This document shows, piece after piece, positions 21,297 to 31,764 of a DNA stretch of 64,000 bases. Source of the stretch: Micropruina sp. (GTDB lineage: Bacteria > Actinomycetota > Actinomycetes > Propionibacteriales > Propionibacteriaceae); the NCBI GenBank assembly GCA_016711105.1, contig JADJTO010000033.1:47168-111167 (forward strand), written 5' to 3'. Both the position numbers and the translations under genes were made by a program. Each line of letters begins with the position of its first letter. Position 1 is the stretch's first letter. Under the pieces are notes generated by a model. That model saw only the letters and a list, made by a program, of their open reading frames with translations. It did no database searches and was not told where the DNA came from.

Positions 21297-22605
21297 TCAG
21301 CGGACGAACACCCGGTAGTTCCAGGGGGCCAACTCCAAGGTCAAGTCCTGATCCAGGTGGTTGAGTTCCCCACTCTCGAAGTCCCGGTAACTGCCGTGGT
21401 AGAGCGACTCCCGGAAGGAGGCGGTCACCGGCTCGGCGGAGAAGTTGAAGACGCCGAAGATCTTGTCGTTCTCGTTCTCCCGGACGAAGCTCAGGATCCG
21501 GGTCTTGTCCGAGTTCGGTACCCGTACCATTCGGGCACCCCAGGGCGCGTTCCACAGGGCCGTGTCGGCGTGCTTGAGGGCGAACAGTCGCCGGTACAGC
21601 TCCCCGTGGGGGTGCTGCTGCCAGATGATCGAGTCCCGCTCGAAGAACTCCAACCGCTTGTCAAAGCCGGCTTCCTGACCGTTGTAGATCAACGGCATGC
21701 CCTCGCTGAGGACGGACAGCACCATCGCTGCTTCCAGCCCCGGTCCGAACTGTTCGAACTCGGTACCCTCCCAGGCGTTCTTGTCGTGATTGCTCACGAA
21801 CAGCATCCGCTGCGCCTCGGGGGCCAGTTCTTTGTCGTTCCAGGCGTAATAGACCTCCAACGCGGAGCAGTCCAGCTGACCGGTACAGATCCGGTGCACC
21901 AGATCGTTCCAATGCCAGGAGTAGGTCATGTCGAAGGCCGCGGCGTGCAAGTCCTTGGCTTCCCATTCGGCGAGCATGAAGACCGGTTTGATCTGATCCA
22001 GCTCAGCCCGGACGGTTTCCCAGAAGTCGGTCGGTACGAACCCGGCAACATCGCAGCGGAAGCCGTCCAGATCCGCCTCGCGCACCCAGTACGCCAGCAC
22101 GTCGGTCATGTATTCGCGCAGTTCGGCGTGCTGGTAGTCCAGGTCGATGATGTCGTCCCAGTCCCACCAAGGAGTGGGGCAGAAGTCACCCTTCCAGTCG
22201 CGCAGATACCATTCGGGATGCTCGGTGACCAGGTTGCTGTCCCACGCGGTGTGGTTGGGCCACCCAGTCCAGGATCACGTGCATGCCCAGCTCGTGGGCG
22301 GCGGCGACGAACGCCCGGACGTCGTCCAGGGTGCCGAACTCTGGATTCACCCCGTAGTAGTCCTTGACCGCATATGGGCTGCCCAACACGCCCTTGCGGT
22401 TCACCTCACCGATCGGGTTGATCGGCATCAACCACAGGATGTCGGCCCCCAGTTCGCGTAGCCGGGGCAGTTCCAGCTGGGCTGCCGCGAAGGTGCCTTC
22501 GGCGGTGAACTGCCGCGTGTTGATCTGGTAGATGGTGGCGTTCCGGCTCCACTCGGGGTGGGAGATTCGGACGTAGGGGACCGGGCGGTAGCGGTCGGCG
22601 GGCAT
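21297..22605 (-). CDS. GH13 alpha-amylase family glycosidase; frame break ~22258
   Basis: IYQINTRQF, WLMPINP, ILDWVA-NH, DGFRCDVA, MLAEW, VSNHD. Confidence 0.9.
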
Positions 22606-22980
22606 GGGCGGCACCTCTCTGCGGGCGGCAATAATGTGAGCCTGGCTAGGGCAGGGACCCGACTAGACCAGTGCCTCCATCCTGGCCTGCGCTCCGGCCG
22701 GTGGCGAGGGGAAGGTCAGAAGTTCGACCGATACTGAGGAGCCACCGACCGCCGCTCGGCTTGGCTGATTGGGCACGCAGTCGAGGGGAGCGAGGCGACC
22801 ACGAAAAGTCCGTGTGCTGGGCGGGTTTTGCTTGGCGCCCTGTTGGTGAGAGACTTGTCTCGCTGTCGCAAGTGCACCATGCCAGGCTCGTCCTTAAATG
22901 CAGGGGTTTTTTGCGGGGACATATGTCTGACAGCGTGAATTTGGCCCCTTGGTGGGGCCACCAGCAGTAAGGAAATGCGC

Positions 22981-23184
22981 ATGGCGCAAGGAACCGTCAA
23001 GTGGTTCAATGCCGACAAGGGCTTCGGGTTCATCGAGGTTGACGGTGGAGGGCAGGACGTCTTCGTTCATTACTCCGCCATCGAGACCAGTGGCTACCGT
23101 TCGCTGACCGAGGGTCAGCGCGTCGAGTTCAAGGTCGTTCCCGGTAACAAGGGTCCTCAGGCCGACGGCGTTCGCGCGGTCTGA
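22981..23184 (+). CDS. cspA: Cold-shock protein
   Basis: [29 protein letters not shown]; RBS AAGGA. Confidence 0.97.
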   Translation: MAQGTVKWFNADKGFGFIEVDGGGQDVFVHYSAIETSGYRSLTEGQRVEFKVVPGNKGPQADGVRAV

Positions 23185-23273
23185 CCCATCGACTCTCGGA
23201 CTCGTCCGAGTAGGCCGGGTTTCGATCCGGCCGCGTTCACGACATTAGTTCATTCCACAGTCTGGACGTGACT

Positions 23274-23313
23274 ACAACTGCCCGGCCCCCCTATCTAGGG
23301 GCCGGGCAGTTGT
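23274..23313. terminator. Hairpin between convergent cspA and 23343-23807 (probably bidirectional terminator)
   Basis: 16-bp arms ACAACTGCCCGGCCCC / GGGGCCGGGCAGTTGT. Confidence 0.8.
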
Positions 23314-23342
23314 TCGTCCGGGCAGTTGGTCGTCTCTGCGGG

Positions 23343-23807
23343 TCAGCGCAGACGTAGCTTGTCCAGGCTGGCGTGCGCGCCGCCACCGTCACGGTCGGGA
23401 GTGATCACCAGCTCCAGCACGGTGACTCCGGCCAGGTTGACCTCATGCTCTTCGGCTTCATGGCTGCCGCCCTGGGGGCTGAAGTTCCACTGTTGCCGGA
23501 CGATGTCGCGGAAGGTGACGCCGGCGTCCTCGGAGGCGCGCAGGAGGTACTCCTGGGAGCGGGCCACGGCCAACTCAATGAACTCCACCCGGACGCGCTT
23601 GAGCGCCTGGGGCACAGCGAAACTCAGCCGAATCGTCTGCTCACCCGGTGTCGCGGCACGCCAGCCGCCGACCTGCCCGGGGATCAGGGCGGCCTCGATC
23701 GGGTGGGCCGCGTCCTCAGAGGTGATCTCAACCTCGGCGAGAGCCTCCAAGTCCAACCAGTCGGACTGATCGACGGCGTGGGCTGGATCGATGATCTTCT
23801 TGCGCAT
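23343..23807 (-). CDS. Cytoplasmic galactose-binding-like beta-sandwich protein (F5/8 type C / APC10-DOC-like)
   Basis: WLDLE..AEVEITSED..HPIE..L....WRA..PGEQTIRL.F..PQ...RSQE...IVRQQWNFSP; no signal peptide; GGAGA RBS. Confidence 0.7.
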   Translation of the reverse strand: MRKKIIDPAHAVDQSDWLDLEALAEVEITSEDAAHPIEAALIPGQVGGWRAATPGEQTIRLSFAVPQALKRVRVEFIELAVARSQEYLLRASEDAGVTFRDIVRQQWNFSPQGGSHEAEEHEVNLAGVTVLELVITPDRDGGGAHASLDKLRLR

Positions 23808-23869
23808 GGTGACTCTCTCCGCTTCTGGGGTTCAACGAGGGCACAGGGCCGGGAGGCCTGGGCCAGGAA

Positions 23870-24121
23870 TCAGTGGTGGCCGACCTTCGCTGAGGCCAAC
23901 GGGTCCCGTTGCCGCTGACTTTCACAGGCGGAAACGTCCGTGCAGCGCCCCGTGATCACTTCGACGTCGCGACGACCGCAGAGCACACAGCGAGTCTTTC
24001 CGACGTGGCAGGAACAGGTGCACGACCACAGGTAGAAAGCGGTCGGGCGGCCCATCTCCAGGTTCACCACGCAGTGGGAATGGTCGTTCGAGATACACCA
24101 ACCGCAGCGAACGCCTGTCAC
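23870..24121 (-). CDS. 83-aa Cys/His-rich putative metal-binding protein
   Basis: 10 Cys (CxxC, HxHC, CxCxCH, CxxC, C, C); RBS GAAGGGA before GTG. Confidence 0.6.
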   Translation of the reverse strand: MTGVRCGWCISNDHSHCVVNLEMGRPTAFYLWSCTCSCHVGKTRCVLCGRRDVEVITGRCTDVSACESQRQRDPLASAKVGHH

Positions 24122-24310
24122 GTGGTTCCCTTCGAGAGCTCAATCTCCGGCCAGTACGTGGCACTCAGGGCGACCCAAGTCCAGGGCATCATCGGCCTCC
24201 GGTCAGTGCCGGTGCGCCTACTGATCGCAGGTGACGTCCCGCGAGTGCCCGACACCCCATCTTTGCATGGCGGGCAAGCCTGACCGTGTTTCCTGAATCG
24301 TGGGCACTGG

Positions 24311-24976
24311 TCAGTCGACCTGAACGGGGGTGATCGCCCAGCGCTCGGGCGCGGCGCGCTGGCCGTGGCCGAAGTAGCCCTGGGACCAAGCCCGGTAGGC
24401 TGGGCCGCCCTCCCAGTGCGGGACCCGGTGCGCGCCCCGGGGCACCGTGCGGATGTTCGGTTCGGCACCAGCCAGGAGCCGCGCCGCATCGGCGGCACAA
24501 GCCGGGACGGTGTGCGAAGGTGCGGCGTCCGTACTCCATTCCACGTCGCGGTCCGACGGTCCGTGGGCCGGGTTGAAGAAGCAGGGCTGGCGACGTTCGG
24601 GGAGGGGGTCTCCGGCCAGCCGGGCCTGCAGGCAGGCCAGGGTGTATTGACCCTCGCGCAGAATCTCGGTCACTCCGCCCACCTCGGCGGAGTCGCTGAC
24701 GCTCTTGAAGGCGGCTTGGGCGTCGGCCAGAGCTGCCTCGGCTCGTGAGTGCAATCCTCGGACGAGGGCATCGGGATGCCGTTCGGCGGCCAGGGCGAGA
24801 GCGTGGAACTCCTCGGTGAACCGGGCTAGGTCCTCGCCTGCGACGCGCATCGACGAGCTGAGCAGGGCCTGCCACTCTTGTCGCTCTCGACGGGCGCGGG
24901 AGACGCCGAGCCGACCCGTGACCACCAGGATCACGGCCAGCACAGCGACCACAGCCACCACCCAGAGGTAGTCCAT
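24311..24976 (-). CDS. Membrane-anchored conserved actinobacterial hypothetical protein
   Basis: N-terminal TM helix, helical middle, C-terminal PCFFNPAHGPS...VPACAADA...GYFG. Confidence 0.75.
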   Translation of the reverse strand: MDYLWVVAVVAVLAVILVVTGRLGVSRARRERQEWQALLSSSMRVAGEDLARFTEEFHALALAAERHPDALVRGLHSRAEAALADAQAAFKSVSDSAEVGGVTEILREGQYTLACLQARLAGDPLPERRQPCFFNPAHGPSDRDVEWSTDAAPSHTVPACAADAARLLAGAEPNIRTVPRGAHRVPHWEGGPAYRAWSQGYFGHGQRAAPERWAITPVQVD

Positions 24977-25090
24977 GCCGATCAGTGTGCCCACCCAACC
25001 TTGGAGAAGCCCTAACGCAGCCTGAGCGTCACCCGCTCAGGGCCCGCTTGCGCATCGCGAGACCCTGCCCACTCACCTGGCCCCGCGCCC

Positions 25091-26845
25091 TCAGTCGATC
25101 TCGCACAAGACCTCGCCGCTGGACACCCCGGCACCCGGCCGTGCGACTAGGTGCCTCACGGTGCCCGGCCGGTGCGCCGTGACCTGCTGCTCCATCTTCA
25201 TCGCCTCCAAGACCAGGATCAGATCGCCCTGCGCGACCAGATCTCCCTCGCTCACGGCGATGCTGATGATGGTGCCCTGCATCGGTGCGGTCAGCGCCTG
25301 CGTGGAGGGGGCAGCGGGCCCGCCGGTCGCGCCACTGCGCCGGGATGGGGCCCGGCGCGTGGTCGAGGCGCGGGTGCCGCCGGTGAGCGCCGCGGGCAGC
25401 TTGATCACGATCCGCCGTGAGTCGACCTCCACCACGAAGGTCTCGGTTGGCAACGCTTCTTGCCGGAGCGCTGGCCCGGCGTACGGCGGTAGGGAAACGT
25501 TGAATTCCGTCTCGATCCACCGCGTGTGAATGGCAAAGCTGTCTCCGGTGCCGATGAAATCAGGATGGTTTAACACGGCCCGGTGAAACGGCAGAGCGGT
25601 TGGCATCCCCTCGACGACGGTTTCGTCCAGGGCTCGCCTGGCGCGGGCCAGGGCCGTGGCGCGGTCGGGGCCGGTGACGATGATTTTGGCTACCAGGGAG
25701 TCGAAGTTCCCAGGCACCGTCATACCGGGGTGGTAGCCCTCGTCCACGCGCACCCCTGGCCCGGTCGGCGGCTGCCAGTCGGTCAGCGTGCCAGGGGAGG
25801 GGAGGAAGTCGCGAGCGGCGTCTTCGGCGTTGATCCGGAACTCGATCGAGTGCCCACGGGTCGGCGGATCGGAGTAGCCCAGCGGCTCACCGTCGGCGAT
25901 CCGGAACATCTCGCCGACGAGATCCAGCCCGGTGACTTCCTCGGTCACCGGATGTTCGACCTGCAGCCGCGTGTTCACCTCCAGGAAGGAAATCGTCCCG
26001 TCCTGCGCCAGCAAAAACTCACAGGTTCCGGCGCCCACATAACCACCCGCGCGCAGCAAATTTCGCGACGAGGTCGCCACGAGGGCCCGTTGGGCGTCGG
26101 TCAGAAAGGGTGCGGGGGCCTCCTCGAGCAACTTCTGATGACGGCGCTGCAGGGAACAGTCCCGGGTGGAGAGCACCACCACGGTGCCGTGCTGGTCGGC
26201 CAGACATTGGGTCTCGATGTGGCGTGGACGCTCCAGGTAGCGCTCGACGAAGCACTCGCCCCGGCCGAAGGCGGTCACAGCCTCCCTGGTCGCGGCGGCG
26301 AAACGTTCCGGAATCTCCTCCAGGGTGCGCGCGACCCGCATGCCTCGTCCCCCGCCTCCGAAGGCCGCTTTGATCGCGATCGGCAGGCCGTGCTCTTGAG
26401 CGAAAGCAACCGCCTCCTCCGCGTCGGCGATCGGTAGGTCGGTGCCCGGAACCAGCGGTGCGCCGATCCGCCGGGCGAGTTCTCGGGCCCGAACCTTGTC
26501 GCCGAGCAGGTCGATCGCCTCTGGAGGGGGGCCGATCCAGGTCAGGCCGGCCTCGATCACGACCCGCGCGAACTCAGCGTTCTCGGCCAGGAAGCCGTAG
26601 CCGGGGTGCACGGCGTCCGCTCCGGAACGCCGTGCGACGGCCAACACCGCTTGCTGGTTCAGGTACGTCTGAGCCGGGGTGCTGCCTGGCAGGGCAAAGG
26701 CCTCGTCGGCCAACCGGACGAACAGCGAGTCAGCGTCGGGCTCGGCGTAGATCGCCACGCTGGCCACGCCGAAGTCTTTGGCGGCGCGGATCAGCCGTAC
26801 GGCTATCTCGCCCCGATTGGCCACCAGAACTTTCCGGATCGGCAC
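25091..26845 (-). CDS. Acyl-CoA carboxylase alpha subunit (biotin carboxylase + BCCP)
   Basis: [53 protein letters not shown]. Confidence 0.96.
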   Translation of the reverse strand: MPIRKVLVANRGEIAVRLIRAAKDFGVASVAIYAEPDADSLFVRLADEAFALPGSTPAQTYLNQQAVLAVARRSGADAVHPGYGFLAENAEFARVVIEAGLTWIGPPPEAIDLLGDKVRARELARRIGAPLVPGTDLPIADAEEAVAFAQEHGLPIAIKAAFGGGGRGMRVARTLEEIPERFAAATREAVTAFGRGECFVERYLERPRHIETQCLADQHGTVVVLSTRDCSLQRRHQKLLEEAPAPFLTDAQRALVATSSRNLLRAGGYVGAGTCEFLLAQDGTISFLEVNTRLQVEHPVTEEVTGLDLVGEMFRIADGEPLGYSDPPTRGHSIEFRINAEDAARDFLPSPGTLTDWQPPTGPGVRVDEGYHPGMTVPGNFDSLVAKIIVTGPDRATALARARRALDETVVEGMPTALPFHRAVLNHPDFIGTGDSFAIHTRWIETEFNVSLPPYAGPALRQEALPTETFVVEVDSRRIVIKLPAALTGGTRASTTRRAPSRRSGATGGPAAPSTQALTAPMQGTIISIAVSEGDLVAQGDLILVLEAMKMEQQVTAHRPGTVRHLVARPGAGVSSGEVLCEID

Positions 26846-26881
26846 GAATCCTCCCTCGTTCGATCGTGGTCGGAGTCTAGG

Positions 26882-27596
26882 TCAGGCCGCCGAGGTAGCC
26901 CTGACAAAGGTTCGGATGGCGAAGCCTTCTGCCGCCAAGGCGGTGTGGACGGCGCTCGCGCAAGCGCGTTCGTCAACGTCGCGCGTCCAATCGGATGGTG
27001 GCGTAATCGCCGCTGTACGCCGCACGGACGGCCTCGTCCGCCACCTGGCTGGGGTCAAGCGAACTCGGTGCCCGCCGACCGCCAGGTTGTCTCCTCGTCG
27101 GTGTGAACTCCGCGGCTGTGGTCAGGCCATGCCGGGTGGCCGTCTGCAGCAGCATCGAATCGCGTTCGCCCACCACCACCAGCGCGCTGTCGTAGTCGAG
27201 GATCGCGTTCACGATCGCCCACGCATGGTGCCGATCAGTCTGGACGGCCTCCATCAAGGCCCCAGCGGGACGGAGGAAGCTGACCCGGGTCCCTTCGGTC
27301 AACGCGATCGCGTCCAGTCCACCGATTTGGTAGAGGACCTCGGCGGTCAGATCATCGGCGGCGTAGTCGATGAATCGTTGGCCGCGCCCGGCGAGGTCGC
27401 GGTATCCCACCAGAGCGCCGATCGGTATGGAGCGCTCGGCTGCGTCGGCGCACGCAGCCAGCATGTGTGCAGGGTCGCCGGCGTGGGCGCCGCAGGGGAT
27501 AGTGAGGCTGCTGACCATGGTCAGCGGCGACTTGTCGGTGCTTTCGGACCAGGACCCGCACGCTGAAACCGGTTCGGCGCTCAGATCGATCTTCAC
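26882..27596 (-). CDS. Degenerate LamB/YcsF (PxpA-like) protein; frame break ~26985
   Basis: CGAHAGDP, GYRDLAG, EVLYQIGGLDA; shifted-frame end AVHTALAAEGFAIRTF; TATGTT -10 six nt before GTG. Confidence 0.78.
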
Positions 27597-27664
27597 CGCC
27601 CCAACATAGTGGCGGCCGGGTCTAGCCGCCGACCTCCCCGGGCACAGTCTGCGATGCTGACCAC

Positions 27665-28651
27665 ATGCGCAGCATCCGAGGTCGTGTGTGGCGGGACGGG
27701 GTGGTGGTCGCCGAGGACTTTCCGTTGGAGCAGCTGGATCAATGGCTGGCCGACCCGACCGCGCTGGTCTGGCTGGACGTCTGCGAACCCGAGAAGGCAC
27801 TGCTCGACCAGCTGGCCAGCGAGCTCGCCCTCGACCCGCTGGCCGTGGAGGACGCGGTGGAGCCGCGCGAGCGTCCGAAGGCCACCCGGCACGCCACGCA
27901 CACCTTCATCACCTGCTATTCGGCGCGGTTGCTGACCAGCGGGCAGGCCGTGCCCCGGCTGGCCACAGGACGGGTGTCCGTGTTCGTCCTGCCGACCGGG
28001 CTGATCACGGTTCGCGTCCAGGACGACGTGGACATGGATGAGGTGCTGGCCCGCTGGAACGAGGACGGCCTGCTGGGTTACGGGGTGGGTGCCCTCGTGC
28101 ACGGTCTGCTGGACACTCTGGTCGACGAACACTTCGTCACCATCCAGAGCATGGATGACGCCCTGGAGGACTTGGAGGATCTGCTCTTCGATGTGCGGGT
28201 GCCGACCCGGGTGATCCAACAGCGAGTGTTCGCCCTACGCAAGGCCCTGGTCGAGTTGCGGCGGATCGTCCTGCCGATGCGCGAAGTGGTCGCGGCCGTG
28301 ATGCGGCACCGGCTGACCAATGGCTCCGCCCGTGACCTGGACGGCTCGTTCAACGACCTGTACGACCACGTGCTGCGCGCGGCCGAGTGGACCGAATCGC
28401 TGCGCGACATGGTGAGTTCGGTCTTCGAGACCAACCTGTCCCTGCAGGACGCCCGGCTCAACACGATCATGAAGAAGCTCGCCTCGTGGGGCGCGATCAT
28501 CGCCGTCCCGACCGCGGTCACCGGCTGGTTCGGTCAGAACCTGCCCTACCCGGGGTTCAGCGAGCCATCCGGCCTGTGGCAGAGCGCAATCCTGATTCTG
28601 ATCGGCACAGTCGGGTTGTTCTTCGCCTTCAAACGCTTCGATTGGCTCTGA
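27665..28651 (+). CDS. corA: CorA-family divalent cation transporter
   Basis: LDPLAVEDA..PRERPK, DLYDH, LNTIMKKL, FGQN signature, two C-terminal TMs. Confidence 0.92.
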   Translation: MRSIRGRVWRDGVVVAEDFPLEQLDQWLADPTALVWLDVCEPEKALLDQLASELALDPLAVEDAVEPRERPKATRHATHTFITCYSARLLTSGQAVPRLATGRVSVFVLPTGLITVRVQDDVDMDEVLARWNEDGLLGYGVGALVHGLLDTLVDEHFVTIQSMDDALEDLEDLLFDVRVPTRVIQQRVFALRKALVELRRIVLPMREVVAAVMRHRLTNGSARDLDGSFNDLYDHVLRAAEWTESLRDMVSSVFETNLSLQDARLNTIMKKLASWGAIIAVPTAVTGWFGQNLPYPGFSEPSGLWQSAILILIGTVGLFFAFKRFDWL

Positions 28652-30482
28652 TCAAGTCAACAGCTTGTCGAGCAGCGCTTCGGCTTGCACGGACGGCGTC
28701 CAGGCCATCGACTCGCCCCCCGCGGCGAACGTGTAGCCACCACACTGGCTCTGGTCAATCAGGATGAGGTCCAGCCACGGCGTTGCGAGCGCGACCCGGC
28801 GGCCGGGTGTCCCTTCGCGTGAGCATCGGCCGGTAGCCGGCTTCCCCCGAGCCTGGATGTCTGCGCTGAGAAGCTTGACCTCTGCCTGGGTGAGGGTGCG
28901 TTCGAGCGAGGGGCCGGCATCCATGGCCCTGTTGTCGTACAGGCAGGCACGGCCGGCAACCGTGTCCTCCACCTTCGCGGGGATCACGGCAGCGCCCGCC
29001 GGTGTTGCGGTTCCGCACCAGGAGCCGGGGCGCAGCCGACCTGCCACGGGCTCAGTGATCGCTCGCTGACGGATCAGCTCACGCCGGAAGCTGGCCAGGA
29101 CGGCGTCCGACCCGGACCGCTGGGCTCCGGGCACGCCGACCAGGCGGCACCCGTAGAACTGCAGCTGAATCACCACGGGCTCGCCCCGCGCGGGTTCAAG
29201 CACCATCAGTAACTCCGGGCCCAGTTCCGCTGTGCACGGGTCGTTGGTGAGAGCGGCGGGCAGCTTGCCGAACTGCTCCAGGACGGCGTCCGCTCCGGAG
29301 GACTCCAGAGCGTCCAGCGGCGTGTTGAGCCGGAGCGCATCCGCGCCCCACGGGCAGAGCCGGATTCGTTCAGCTCCTTCGGGGAGGGGCGTGCCGGCCG
29401 GGCTGGGGGTACGAGCGGCGCAGTAGTCAGCGGCGGGGGTGGGTTCCGGCTCGGCGGTGCTTGACGGAGGGGTAAGGCGACTAAGCAGTGAACCGATCAC
29501 GGATGCGGCCTGCGTACCAGGAGTCCAGAACAGCTGGTCACGTCCATCCTTGATGAAGGCGAACCATTGGTCTCCCCCGACTCGCCAGAAGACCAGCGGG
29601 TCTCCCCAGGGGCCGATCAGGGTGAGTTGAGGCCCATCCAAGCGGGAGTCGTCGTTCATCGCGACGCTGCTGTTCGCCGAGATGTCAGCGCGCAGTAGCT
29701 CAAGTTCGGTGCGGCTCAGAGCGGTCATCCCGCCAAGGTCCTGGCTGCCTGGATCTCGTAGGCACATCGCGCCTGCGACGACCTTGCCAGCCTCGAGGGG
29801 AAGAAGCGGCCTGTGGGTGAAGTGCCCGCAGAAGGCGGTGAGGCTCGTCGGGCTTCTCTGGGAGCGTTGCGTGAGCAGGAGAGCACGGAGCGTGGCCAGG
29901 ACGTCATTCCCGGGCTTCGCCACCGCCCGGGGCGCCGATCACACGACACGCGTTCTCCCCGCGGATCACCCGGGCCGAGCCGTCGGGGTAGCTGAAGACG
30001 ATCCGAAAGGTTAGTCCCGGCGCTGAGTCGCAGTCGTTGGCAGCGCCCAGTGGTAGGCCGTTGAACGAGCGAATCAGCTCGTCCACCCCGATGGTCAGCG
30101 CGTCAGGGATGCCTGCGTAACTCAGCGACTCGGTGCCCTCTGCGCAGAGGGTGGCCTGCTGGGCGCCCAGAGGCAGCCCCGCGTCGGCAAGAGGGCTTGG
30201 TTCGCGGTGCTGGAGGCAGATGGGCGACACCGGCTCAGCCGAGGCCACTGGCTGCGCGGTGACGGGGCTGGCCGAGGGAGCGGTCGGGAGCGCCACCGTT
30301 GAGCCGCGCAACCCCGACCAGGCGAGGGGTACCGCCAGGAGGGCGACAGCGACGACCACCACGCCGGCCGTCAACCGACCGCGCCGGGCTTTGCCACGGG
30401 CCACCCCCACCCACCCCGTCAGTTCAGGGGCATCGGGCACGGCTCGGTGCAGGGCATCTCGGAGCCGATCGACCTCGTTCAT
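28652..30482 (-). CDS. Putative membrane-anchored anti-sigma factor with duplicated extracytoplasmic domain; frame break ~29930 joins ORFs 29904-30482 and 28652-29923
   Basis: Starts right after the ECF sigma stop; RLRDALH...ARRGR + TM helix; the internal repeat aligns across the break. Confidence 0.7.
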
Positions 30483-30484
30483 GC

Positions 30485-31003
30485 TCAGTCCTCCTTCGAG
30501 AGCAGCGGTGAAGTCCGGAGCGCGGCCAACGCGCGGGACAGCTGACTCTTGACGGTGCCCACGCTGATCTGCAGGGCCACTGCGGCCTGGGCTTGGGTCA
30601 GATCCTCGAAGTAGCAGAGCACGACTACGGCGCGCTGGCCGCGGGGCAGCGCAGCCAGGGCCTGCGCGACGTCATGCCTGAGCTCGAGGTCAACCCCTTG
30701 CTCGGCGTGTTCAAGCACCTCACTGGGCAGTTCGCCCGTCCAGCGCCGACGCCACCAGGCGAGATAGGTGTGATACATCGTGGTGCGAAGGTAGGCCTCG
30801 TAGGCGTCGGACGTGCCCAGGGACGGGAGTCGGTGGTAGGTCTTGGCCAGAGCGGTCTGGACCAGATCTTCAGCGCGGTGATGATCGCCGGTGAGCAGCC
30901 AGGCGCAGCGCCACAGTGCCCTGCCGCGTGCTTGGACGAAAGAGTCGAGGTCGAGTTGGGCCGTTGCCGGCTCGGCGACCTGCTCCACCACAGCCACCTC
31001 CAC
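30485..31003 (-). CDS. ECF RNA polymerase sigma factor (SigE family)
   Basis: AWLLTGD...AEDLVQTAL; LPRGQRAVVVL.YFEDL...SVGTVKSQLSRAL. Confidence 0.93.
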   Translation of the reverse strand: MEVAVVEQVAEPATAQLDLDSFVQARGRALWRCAWLLTGDHHRAEDLVQTALAKTYHRLPSLGTSDAYEAYLRTTMYHTYLAWWRRRWTGELPSEVLEHAEQGVDLELRHDVAQALAALPRGQRAVVVLCYFEDLTQAQAAVALQISVGTVKSQLSRALAALRTSPLLSKED

Positions 31004-31065
31004 CTCTCCACCCCACTGTCTCGCGTTCCCAACCTAGAAAAGCGGTTGGGGGCAACGAAAGGTTG

Positions 31066-31764
31066 TCAGGCGGGACGGATGCTCAACGTGTCGATGCTGG
31101 CCGACGGCGGGGCGTCCACGGCCAGGCGGACGGTGGCTGCCACGCTGGCGGGGGTCAGGTGTTCTTCGGGGTGGTACGGGCGTCCGAGCGAGCGCTGGAG
31201 TTCGACCTGCATGTCGGTGTCCACCCGGCCGGGGTGGATGGAGGTGACCCGCAGCTGACCTCGTTCTTCGGCCCGCAGCGAGTCGGCCAGGGCCCGGAGC
31301 GCGAACTTCGAGGCCGCGTAGGCCGACCCGGTCGGGCCGGCGGTGAACCCGGCCCCGGAGTTGATGAACACGACCAAGCCCTGCCGGGCCCGCAGGACGG
31401 GGAGCAGCAGGCGGGTGAGCATCGCCGGGGCGATCACGTTCACCTCGAGCACGTCTCGCCAGCTCTGGGTGGGCAGGTCGGCCACCGTCCCCAAGGCAGC
31501 GATCCCAGCCGAGTGCACGAGGACGTCCAGGCTGCCGATCTCGGCCACGGCGGCGCTGACCGCGCCTTCGTCGGTGAGTTCGACCACGAACGGCTGCGCT
31601 GAGGGGAGCGTGGCAACGACGGCGTCCACGGCGGCGCGATCCCGTCCGCCGACCAGGACGTGGTGGGTGGTGCCCAGGTCAGCGGCGATCGCCCGTCCGA
31701 TACCGCGGGAAGCGCCGGTGATCAGCGCCACCGGCCGTTGCTCGGGGTTCGGAGCCGTGCTCAT
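31066..31764 (-). CDS. Short-chain dehydrogenase/reductase
   Basis: TGASRGIG, HSAG, YAASK, HPGRVDT. Confidence 0.93.
   Translation of the reverse strand: MSTAPNPEQRPVALITGASRGIGRAIAADLGTTHHVLVGGRDRAAVDAVVATLPSAQPFVVELTDEGAVSAAVAEIGSLDVLVHSAGIAALGTVADLPTQSWRDVLEVNVIAPAMLTRLLLPVLRARQGLVVFINSGAGFTAGPTGSAYAASKFALRALADSLRAEERGQLRVTSIHPGRVDTDMQVELQRSLGRPYHPEEHLTPASVAATVRLAVDAPPSASIDTLSIRPA

Noticed and set aside
28520-28550. CorA signature GQN instead of GMN
   Set aside because: GxN variants are known in CorA-family proteins; not novel by itself.
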